NCBI RefSeq assembly: GCF_021378375.1
Contig: NZ_CP076228.1
Span: 210,001 to 242,000, forward strand
Source: Wolbachia endosymbiont of Drosophila innubila
Lineage (GTDB): Bacteria; Pseudomonadota; Alphaproteobacteria; Rickettsiales; Anaplasmataceae
DNA length: 32,000 nucleotides
Reading direction: 5' to 3'
Of the stretch, positions 10,613-18,256 are shown in pieces. Each line of letters opens with the position of its first letter. The first letter of the stretch is position 1. The notes under the pieces are model-generated. The model saw nothing but the letters and a program-made list of their open reading frames with translations, was not told where the DNA came from and ran no database searches. The position numbers and the translations under genes are program-made.

Positions 10613-11136
10613 CTTTACCCCGTACTAAAATTTCAGATATTATAGCCTTTTACTTGTTTCCGGACAACCTCTAATATGAGATGTTCAGTTTTGGTAAAAG
10701 CATTACCTTGATCACTCTTTGCAATGTTACAAACGATGTTTTTTACAACTTCTTCGGTTGCTGCATAATCTATTTCTTTTGCAAAGCAGTCAACAAATGA
10801 TTGCCAAACTTTTTTATTAACAAGTTTACTTGTCTTATTTTCAAAATCTTCTATATCTTTGAATCCTAAAATAGTATAGAGATTTTTTTCGATTATTGGT
10901 TCGGCATGTTGTTTTGCCACTTTACCTTTTATATTGAATGGAAATTTACTAATCTTAGTTGTACCCACAATATTACCTCAATATTAACGCTATCTATAAA
11001 AGTATAAAGATTTAATATTTAATTTTTAATTAATACTAGCACAGCTAACTACGGGAGCATTATGCTAGCATCAATTAACACTTTAACTTCTAACTTGTCA
11101 TCAGTAATATTGTTTATATAAAAACTATAATTTTTT

Positions 11137-13263
11137 ATGCCTGAACTTGGGAATATATTGCTATTGCTAGCCTGCTTATTGTCTTTGACATATTTGTTTT
11201 TACCGCTTAGTTCTTGTCGGTTTATTACCACTGCCATATTTTTTTGTGTATCAGCGTCAATGGCTATTTTGATCTACTGCCACATTACAAATGATTTTTC
11301 ACTTGAAAACGTATACTACCACTCACACACAACAAAACCTTTGATCTACAAGATTTGTGGTGTTTGGGGAAACAAAGAAGGGTCCATGTTGCTTTGGACC
11401 TTAGTGCTTGTCATGTATTTATTACTAATGGATATTTATATACCTTCTGTCATCCCAGTTTCCCCCTCTGTCATCCCAGTCTCTTCTTCTGTCATCCCAG
11501 TGCCCAGACACTGGGATCCAGACAATTTAATTGCAAATGAGTACATCAAATGGCAGTGTAATAAAAACTGGATTCCAGTGTCAAGCACTGGAATGACACC
11601 AAAACGAACTAATGGTAGTAAATTAAAAAAAATATCTCTTATCACTCATGGGCTGATTTGCTTTTGTTTTTTGCTGTTCACTTTAATTGAATCCAGCCCC
11701 TTCACTAAAATGCCAGGCATTGAAACAGATGGATTGGGTTTTAATCCGATATTGCAGGATATAGGCCTTGCTATTCATCCACCGATATTATATTTGGGGT
11801 ACCTTGGATTTAGCGTTCCTTTTTCGCTCTCTATAGCTGGATTAATTTTAAATACTGAAGGAAATGTTTGGGCTAAAATTGTCAGGCCTTGGGTACTTAT
11901 TTCTTGGTCGCTGCTCACTTTGGGCATCAGCTTGGGTAGCTGGTGGGCATATCGCGAACTTGGGTGGGGTGGATTTTGGTTTTGGGATCCAGTGGAAAAC
12001 GTTTCTTTGATGCCGTGGCTAATTGCAGTAGCGCTGACACATTTGTTGCTCGTGGTACGGAATTTCAATGTTTTAAGGAACTTTGCTATTTTACTTACGC
12101 TTACAACTTTTATATTGAGTGTGACTGGAACATTTCTAGTCCGCTCAGGAATACTTACCTCAGTGCACACGTTTGCAGATGACCCAAGATATGGACTATA
12201 TATATTAGCTCTACTTGGTGTAATTACAGTCAGTAGCTTAGTAATATTTGTAGTATTTACGAGAAAAAATCACACGCCTGCGATGTCATTCCAATGCTTG
12301 ACACTGGAATCCAGAAAGAAACTTGCTACTCAAGTGACAGAGGGTAGAAGATTCTTTTCACGCTTTACGATGATACTGATGAACAATTTATTATTCATCA
12401 CTGCCTTTTTCATCGTGTTCGTTGGCACTTTATACCCTACAGTGCTTGAGTATTTAACCGGTGAATTAATTTCAGTTGGAGCACCATATTACAATTCTTT
12501 ATTTAACTCTATTGCACTAGCTATTCTAGTGCTCACCATGATCGGGCAATACTGCAGTTGGCAGGGAAATAGTCTATTGCCAATATTCCGTGAATATAGA
12601 TTTTCATTCTGCAGTGCTGCAGCTATTTTGCCGTTTATCTTTCACATGGAGCTAATAATTGTGCTATCAATTACTATCTCCATAGCATTATTAATCTTTG
12701 TTTTAGAAGCATACAGTAAAAGAATTCGTTTATTTAAGGTAGCATTTGGTGAATCAATTTTATTAGCAAGAAGAGTTTCTAAGTCCTACTATGCAATGAT
12801 GCTTGCTCATGCTGGAGTGGCAATTCTAGTGCTTGGTATAGCTTATTCAGTTGGTTGGCAGGAGAAAAAAGAAAATTACTTAAAAATAGGGGATAGCATA
12901 ACAGTCAATAAATTTAAAGTTACTTTACGCAATATTGAGCTAATAAAAGAAAAAAATTTCCATGCAGTGAGGGGTACAATGGATATCAGGAATTTGCTGA
13001 ATAATAAGATATTAGGTGAAGTAACTCCTGAATATAGATTTTACCTTGCGGAAGGTCAGAAAAATGTTGAAAGCAGTATCTACCACAATTTGCTTTCTGA
13101 TATTTATGTTGTAATTGGAGAGATTGATAAGAGTAAGAGCAAAATCGCAGCCAAAGTGCACTATAAACCTGGAATGTCTATAATCTGGCTTGGATCCTTT
13201 CTTATCGCTTTTGGTTCGCTCCTTGCTGCTTTTCCTTTTAGTGGACGAGCAAGGATTGTCTAG
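11137..13263 (+). CDS. ccmF: Cytochrome c-type biogenesis protein CcmF, with internal repeat-derived peptide insertions
   Basis: MPELGNILLLLACLLSLTYLF, KICGVWGNKEGSMLLWTLVL, AIHPPILYLGYLGFSVPF, SWWAYRELGWGGFWFWDPVENVSLMPWL (WWD motif region), GTFLVRSGILTSVHTFADDPRYGLYIL. Confidence 0.95.
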   Translation: MPELGNILLLLACLLSLTYLFLPLSSCRFITTAIFFCVSASMAILIYCHITNDFSLENVYYHSHTTKPLIYKICGVWGNKEGSMLLWTLVLVMYLLLMDIYIPSVIPVSPSVIPVSSSVIPVPRHWDPDNLIANEYIKWQCNKNWIPVSSTGMTPKRTNGSKLKKISLITHGLICFCFLLFTLIESSPFTKMPGIETDGLGFNPILQDIGLAIHPPILYLGYLGFSVPFSLSIAGLILNTEGNVWAKIVRPWVLISWSLLTLGISLGSWWAYRELGWGGFWFWDPVENVSLMPWLIAVALTHLLLVVRNFNVLRNFAILLTLTTFILSVTGTFLVRSGILTSVHTFADDPRYGLYILALLGVITVSSLVIFVVFTRKNHTPAMSFQCLTLESRKKLATQVTEGRRFFSRFTMILMNNLLFITAFFIVFVGTLYPTVLEYLTGELISVGAPYYNSLFNSIALAILVLTMIGQYCSWQGNSLLPIFREYRFSFCSAAAILPFIFHMELIIVLSITISIALLIFVLEAYSKRIRLFKVAFGESILLARRVSKSYYAMMLAHAGVAILVLGIAYSVGWQEKKENYLKIGDSITVNKFKVTLRNIELIKEKNFHAVRGTMDIRNLLNNKILGEVTPEYRFYLAEGQKNVESSIYHNLLSDIYVVIGEIDKSKSKIAAKVHYKPGMSIIWLGSFLIAFGSLLAAFPFSGRARIV
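11446..11600 (+). repeat. Palindromic repeat inserted in frame in ccmF, preceded by three 21-bp-spaced tandem copies of TCTGTCATCCCAGT
   Basis: TCTGTCATCCCAGT at 11446, 11467 and 11488, then TGTCATCCCAGTGCCCAGACACTGGGATCCAG ... CTGGATTCCAGTGTCAAGCACTGGAATGACACC. Translates as SVIPVSPSVIPVSSSVIPVPRHWDPDNL...NWIPVSSTGMTPK without breaking the frame. Confidence 0.85.
12279..12345 (+). repeat. Second, degenerate palindromic repeat-derived insertion in ccmF
   Basis: GATGTCATTCCAATGCTTGACACTGGAATCCAG, encoding MSFQCLTLESRKKL; same family as the copies near 11490, 25910 and 28970. Confidence 0.65.
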
Positions 13264-13436
13264 CTGTCGTGGATTTATTAACAACGCTCCTAGGTCCAGA
13301 GTGCAACGTATGAGAAATTACCGAGCTATAGATACTGATTTGCAAAGGTTAGAACCAAAGAAAGTTATATTTTTTTATTGACAGACCTATATATTACGAT
13401 ATTCACTAAGGGATTAGTGAGTAATGGTTATACAAT

Positions 13437-14387
13437 ATGAATGGTGGGGTATCAGGCAAGGAAAAAGTTATACGCACTCCTTTCGATTTTAAGGAGCCTT
13501 ACAGCGATTGGCGTCAAATTTTTAAACGTCCTAATCAACAGTATAACCCTTCCAACTATGATTCGTCGAGCGAAATAAATGAACACGATATAGAAACTCA
13601 AAAGATTGAAGAAGGTGATGGCCATGATTCAGGTATTAGTTCCGATGATGAGGATGACCGGACAACTTATACAGCAGTACAATTAACTAATGATTCTCTT
13701 GATAGCCAAAGATATACAGGAATATGCATTCCAACACCAACTGATGGTTGGGTAGGTGAAAATAATCATCAGACTGGTTTATCAGGTGATTTGCCAGACG
13801 TGAGTAATAATCCACAAATTTTTGAAAGTACTGATTCAGTACAGCTAGATAATATTGTTTTTAGCAATCTAATTCAGCTTTCCTTGATTAGTCAAGAGCA
13901 TAATTCTATCTGCAATGATCATGTAATTTGTGATTCAGGTCACAATTCTGACGATGAGGATCAGATTCCAGAGGACTTTCCTTCAAGGAAACGAGTACGA
14001 TCGATTGAAATTGATCAGTTTGAACCGTTGTACAAGAAGAGGAAAATAGAAGCACAAAATAATCAAAAATATACAGAAAATGTATGTAATCCAACAAATG
14101 GTGGTTTGTTAGGTGAAAGTGATAATCCACAAACTTTTGAAAGCGATCCTTTACAGCATGGTAGTAATGGTTTAGGTTATAACTTCAATGGTTATAGTCA
14201 AGCAACTTATAGTAAATTAAGTGCTTCAGATCAAGAAGAGGGTCAAGGCTATTCTTTAGGTGGTTCTTGTGAAAATAAAGAAAATTTGACAAAGGGCGCT
14301 GGTGGTAGTAATCAGACTTTTGAAGGTGAACAGAAAAGCTCAGAATTTCCGAAAGTTGACAATTGGTGTGCGCCAAGAAGTGCGTAA
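13437..14387 (+). CDS. Hypothetical hydrophilic protein with basic NLS-like clusters and internal repeats; 3' end interrupted by a group II intron
   Basis: ORF MNGGVSGKEKVIRTPFDFKEPYSDWRQIF... has duplicated acidic (HDSGISSDDEDD / CDSGHNSDDEDQ) and asparagine-rich segments, plus PSRKRVRSIEIDQFEPLYKKRKIE. The last ~7 codons (14368-14387) are intron sequence. Confidence 0.65.
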   Translation: MNGGVSGKEKVIRTPFDFKEPYSDWRQIFKRPNQQYNPSNYDSSSEINEHDIETQKIEEGDGHDSGISSDDEDDRTTYTAVQLTNDSLDSQRYTGICIPTPTDGWVGENNHQTGLSGDLPDVSNNPQIFESTDSVQLDNIVFSNLIQLSLISQEHNSICNDHVICDSGHNSDDEDQIPEDFPSRKRVRSIEIDQFEPLYKKRKIEAQNNQKYTENVCNPTNGGLLGESDNPQTFESDPLQHGSNGLGYNFNGYSQATYSKLSASDQEEGQGYSLGGSCENKENLTKGAGGSNQTFEGEQKSSEFPKVDNWCAPRSA

Positions 14388-14724
14388 GGAACAGTTGGTG
14401 AAAATCCAACACGGGTAAAGCTTAACATTTGGTGGAAGGCAACATGGGTAATAACGCTAAGGCAAGATATTACTCACCTCATCGGGATCGAAGGCCGCGT
14501 CATGTGTTGAGATGGACCTTACGTGAACTTGGGAGATCCTTTGTATTCCTGTAAGGGTACTCTGGAACAAGTCAATAAAGGCGAGGACTGGAGGAAGATG
14601 CAAAGGAAGTCGGACTAATTGATAGTACTCGGAGTGTGGGAAAGCCACATACAAGGGGAAGCGGTTAGCAATATAGTGACTGGTATAGGGATTGCTATAC
14701 CAATACAACAGAGATTAGAGGAGT

Positions 14725-16036
14725 ATGCAAGGAAAACTAAACCAGATAGCAGTAAGGGCTAAGCAAGATAAGCGAGTAAAATTTACATCATTAGTTCATT
14801 TGATTAATGAAGAGAATCTTGCAGAGTGTTATAAGGAACTAAAACGCAACAAGGCTTGTAGTATAGATCGTGTGACAGTGGAAGCTTATGGAGAAAATCT
14901 AGAAGAGAAACTTAAAACACTAGTGGATAGTATGAAGAGAAAACAATATCAACCGCTACCAGTGAAAAGGGTATACATACCCAAAGCCGGGAGCAAAGAG
15001 AAGCGCGGTCTCGGAATACCATCAACGGAAGATAAGTTGGTACAGGTAATGCTAAAGAAGATATTAGAAAATATTTATGAAGCAAACTTTATGGACAGCT
15101 CGTATGGATTTCGACCAGGAAGAAATTGTCATCAGGCGATAAACGCTCTAGATAAAGCAGTTATGCACAAACCAATTAACTATATTGTAGAAGTGGATAT
15201 CAAGAAGTTCTTTGATAATGTTCAACATAAATGGCTAATGAATTGTCTAAGGGAACGAATAGCTGACCCAAATTTATTGTGGTTAATAAAACGATTTCTA
15301 AAGGCAGGAATAGTCGAAGTTGGATGTTATAAAGCAACCGATCAAGGCACACCACAAGGTGGTATAGTAAGCCCTGTATTAGCTAATATATACTTACACT
15401 ATGTGCTGGACTTATGGTTTGAAAAGAAATTTAAGCCAAAAGCCAGAGGATATTTACAGCTAATAAGGTTTTGCGACGATTTTGTAGTTGGCTGCGAGAG
15501 GAAGAAGACGCAAAAGAATTTCTAGAATTACTGAAACAAAGACTAAGTAAATTTGGGTTGGAAATAGCTGAAAATAAAACAAAAATAGTAAAGTTTGGTA
15601 AGAAAGAATGGTATCAAGCAGAAAGAGAGAAACGTAGGACGGCTAGCTTCAACTTTCTAGGATTTACACATTATTGTGGAAAAGTCGTAATGGTAAACTT
15701 ATGATGAAGCAGAAAACTTCAAAAATAAGCCTAGCCAGAAAGATTAAAGAAATCAAAGAATGGTTGAAGATGGTACGAAGTCGTATCTGTTTCAAAGATT
15801 GGTGGCAGAAACTTAAAGCCAAACTAACAGGACACTATAGCTACTTCGGAGTTAGCGGAAATTATCGGTGTTTGATTCAATTCTATCGACCGGTAACAAA
15901 GTTAGCATTTAAGTGGATAAACCGACGTAGTCAAAAGAAAAGTATGGATTGGGAACAATTTATACACTATTTAAAAGTAAATCCATTACCAAAACCAAAG
16001 GTATATGTTTCTTTATACACAGGAGCACTAGTGTGA
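14725..16036 (+). pseudogene. Group II intron reverse transcriptase/maturase, broken by two frameshifts
   Basis: Three overlapping ORFs in different frames: 14725-15525 (RT fingers/palm, YGFRPGRNCHQA, QGTPQGGIVSPVLANIYLHYVLD, RFCDDFVVG), 15471-15704 (ELLKQRLSKFGLEIAENKTKIVKFG...FNFLGFTHYCG) and 15674-16036 (maturase/X-like C-terminus). Confidence 0.9.
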
Positions 16037-16049
16037 ACGCTGTATTGTG

Positions 16050-16082
16050 GAGCCGTGTGCGGGAAATCCGCAAGCACGGTTC
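16050..16082 (+). ncRNA. Group II intron domain V
   Basis: GAGCCGTGTGCGGGAAATCCGCAAGCACGGTTC folds as the canonical ~34-nt catalytic hairpin, just after the RT. Confidence 0.9.
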
Positions 16083-16174
16083 TTTTGGGGAGACTATGGT
16101 TATGAGACCAAATCGCTGGTTTCAAGGTCATGAGTCTCTACCAGACGTCAAGCAAGTTTTTTCGTTTCTATAAA

Positions 16175-16209
16175 TCTGGATTTCAGCGTTATGCGCTGGA
16201 ATGACAACG
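16175..16209 (+). repeat. Palindromic repeat copy
   Basis: CTGGATTTCAGCGTTATGCGCTGGAATGACAAC resembles the CTGGATTCCAGC...GCTGGAATGACA half-element in murC. Confidence 0.6.
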
Positions 16210-16397
16210 TGAGGTAAATTTTTCAACATCCCAAAATTACAGAATTCAGTCTGTTTAATTAAGTGTGAACTGTTACACGAAAATTTTGTAAACAGATTAA
16301 TATACCCTGTTTTTGCTATTCATCTAAAAATGGAACCATAGAGTACGTTGAGGAGCGTAAGCAAATTTTAATGCAAAAATTACTATCAAAAAATAGA

Positions 16398-17870
16398 TTA
16401 TGCAAGAGGTCTAATTATTCTGCCGCAATTTTGCTCTATCACACTTGCCACATTTAATATTCCAGCTTCATCATAATAATTTCCAATCACTTGCAAGGCA
16501 AGTGGTAAACCCTCATTGGAGAGCCCAACAGGAACAGAAATAGCAGGCAATCCTGCCAGACTTGCCGGCACAGTAAACACATCATTGATGCACATAATTA
16601 GCGGATCTGGCTTTTCATTTAAGCCAAAAGCTTCTGTTGGAGCAGATGGCACAAGTATGTAATCTATTTTTTCAAACGCTTTTATAAAATCATTTCTGAT
16701 TAATGCCCTGATACACTGTGCTTTTTCGTAATATTCATTGTAATGACCTGAGGAAAGCGCATAAGCGCCAATTAAAATTCTTCTTTTCACCTCTTTACCG
16801 AAACCTTCTGCTCTTGTTAGTGAATACATTTCTTCAAGGGTATCAGCATCAACCCTGAACCCATAACACACACCGTCATAACGAGCAAGATTGGATGAAG
16901 TTTCAGCAGAACAAATTAAATAATAGACTGGTATTGCATATTTAGTATGTGGCAGAGTAACGTCAACAACTTCAGCGCCATTTTCTTTTAAATAGGAAGC
17001 AACTTTCTCCCAATTATGGACTATTTCCTCTGAAATTCCATTCATCCTATATTCTTTTGGTATACCAATACGCTTACCCTTGACATCACCATTTATAAAG
17101 CTAGAAAATTTAGGCACTGGCTTTTCGCTTGATATTGAATCTTTTGTATCATAGCCACAGATTGCTTCCAGCATTAATGCTGAATCAGAGACAGAACGAG
17201 TAATGACTCCTGCTTGATCTAGAGAACTCGCAAATGCAATCATACCAAAACGCGAGCATCTTCCATAAGTTGGCTTTATTCCAACCACTCCACAATAAGC
17301 TGCTGGTTGGCGCGCAGATCCACCGGTGTCACTCCCTAGTGCTCCAGCGCATAAAAATCCAGCCACCGATGCTGCAGATCCACCAGATGATCCACCAGGA
17401 ACAACTTTTTCCCCATCGCTTTTTCTAATCCACACATTTTCAACAGGGCCAAAATAGCTATTTGTGTTCGCAGAACCCATAGCAAATTCATCCATATTAA
17501 GCTTACCGAGCATGGCTACTCCACTTTTTAAAAGCAAGTCAGACACCGTAGATTCGTAAGTCGGAACGAAATTTTCCAGCATTTTTGAGCATGCTGTTGT
17601 TTTTATTCCTTTTGTACAGAATAGATCTTTGATGCCAACTGGTACACCCATGAGCGGCGAGATTAAATCATCCTTTTGCCTAGAGAAATGTTCATCTGCA
17701 GCTTTAGCAGCTTTCATTGCTATCTCTGGGGTTTTTGTTATAAATGCATTTAATTTCTCATTTTCAACCGCACTGATGTGCGCCTCTACGAGTTCAACGG
17801 CAGAAAAACTCTTTTTTTTGAGCCCGTCATGCATTTGTGTAATACTTAACTTTCTTAGTTCATTCATCAA
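16398..17870 (-). CDS. gatA: Asp-tRNA(Asn)/Glu-tRNA(Gln) amidotransferase subunit A
   Basis: 490 aa; VPVGIKDLFCTKG, amidase signature GGSSGGSAASVAGFLCAGALGSDTGGSARQPAAYCGVVGIKPTYGRCSRFG. Confidence 0.96.
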   Translation of the reverse strand: MMNELRKLSITQMHDGLKKKSFSAVELVEAHISAVENEKLNAFITKTPEIAMKAAKAADEHFSRQKDDLISPLMGVPVGIKDLFCTKGIKTTACSKMLENFVPTYESTVSDLLLKSGVAMLGKLNMDEFAMGSANTNSYFGPVENVWIRKSDGEKVVPGGSSGGSAASVAGFLCAGALGSDTGGSARQPAAYCGVVGIKPTYGRCSRFGMIAFASSLDQAGVITRSVSDSALMLEAICGYDTKDSISSEKPVPKFSSFINGDVKGKRIGIPKEYRMNGISEEIVHNWEKVASYLKENGAEVVDVTLPHTKYAIPVYYLICSAETSSNLARYDGVCYGFRVDADTLEEMYSLTRAEGFGKEVKRRILIGAYALSSGHYNEYYEKAQCIRALIRNDFIKAFEKIDYILVPSAPTEAFGLNEKPDPLIMCINDVFTVPASLAGLPAISVPVGLSNEGLPLALQVIGNYYDEAGILNVASVIEQNCGRIIRPLA

Positions 17871-17967
17871 TATTTAATTTTTAGCAAGACGTTAATTATA
17901 ACATGGCACGATAAAAAATCCATACATTTATAGTTACAGCTAGAAATGTAGCTAAGGTAACTTAGAT

Positions 17968-18036
17968 TCACCGACAATCGTCATCCCGCTACTTGTTAGC
18001 GGCTAAGAGATACCGCAGCGGTATGACGTAGAAGCT
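17968..18036 (+). repeat. Isolated copy of the CTACTTGTTAGCGG palindromic repeat
   Basis: CGTCATCCCGCTACTTGTTAGCGGCTAAGAGATACCGCAGCGGTATGACGTAG; same unit as the 23935-24290 array. Confidence 0.75.
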
Positions 18037-18256
18037 ATACTTTTATACTCACCAACTCAGTATCCAATCCGGATTGTATCTTAAAAAGGTCAAAAGACTA
18101 TAATAAGCAAAGGAGTGATACTGTGTCTGAGTGAAAATCGTTGAGATCCCAGTGTCTGCTGCTTGCATAGCATTTATTTACAAAAAAATAGTCATGCAAG
18201 AGACTTTGCTTGGATATTTGATATAATTTAGGTCTATTAAAGCAAAAAATACTAAC

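Larger units (their letters stand above)
9759..10671 (-). mobile_element. IS5-family-like insertion sequence, ~913 bp, with terminal inverted repeats
   Basis: Left end GAGGTTGTCCGGAAACTAGTAAA and right end (reverse complement) GAGGTTGTCCGGAAACAAGTAAA form near-perfect inverted repeats flanked by direct TAA repeats (9756-9758 and 10672-10674). The interior encodes a DDE transposase in pieces. Confidence 0.88.
8811..10968 (-). pseudogene. Hypothetical charged/coiled-coil-like protein (~413 aa ancestral) split by an IS5-like insertion
   Basis: The N-terminal part (10968 down to 10672, MGTTKISKFPFN...TKTEHLIL) and the C-terminal part (9755 down to 8811, NEKQDNKKREKAIRKAISILRKINPEKAF...) are in the same frame once the 9759-10671 element and one TAA copy are removed. 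Confidence 0.8.
14368..16141 (+). mobile_element. Group II intron with degenerate reverse transcriptase/maturase
   Basis: 5' boundary GTGCGCC at 14368. The intron-encoded RT lies in the middle. Domain V-like hairpin GAGCCGTGTGCGGGAAATCCGCAAGCACGGTTC and a domain VI-like hairpin (AGACTATGG...TCATGAGTCT) end in CTAC near 16141. Exact ends are approximate. Confidence 0.9.

Noticed and set aside
11049-11237. Small minus-strand ORF MAVVINRQELSGKNKYVKDNKQASNSN...
   Set aside because: Overlaps the 5' end of ccmF in antisense, and no family is recognised. The N-terminal sequence does not look like a typical toxin or antitoxin, so I did not call it.
11446-11501. Three regularly spaced repeats considered as a CRISPR array
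   Set aside because: The 14-bp repeats at 21-bp spacing are inside a coding frame, with 7-bp low-complexity gaps and no cas genes; this is tandem repeat expansion.
11436-12182. ORFs 11436-11645 (-), 11775-12170 (-) and 11943-12182 (+) overlapping ccmF
   Set aside because: The first has repetitive DTGMTEEETGMTEGETGMTEG, but this is only the reverse reading of the palindromic repeat. The others are shadows of conserved ccmF codons.
13190-13381. Plus-strand ORF MDPFLSLLVRSLLLFLLVDEQGLSSCRGFINNAPRSRVQRMRNYRAID...
   Set aside because: Its first half overlaps the ccmF 3' end out of frame. The second half is unsupported; kept only as a weak possible remnant.
13906-14708. Minus-strand ORFs 13906-14130, 14185-14412 and 14457-14708
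   Set aside because: Antisense to the NLS-like ORF and to structured group II intron RNA; no recognisable homology.
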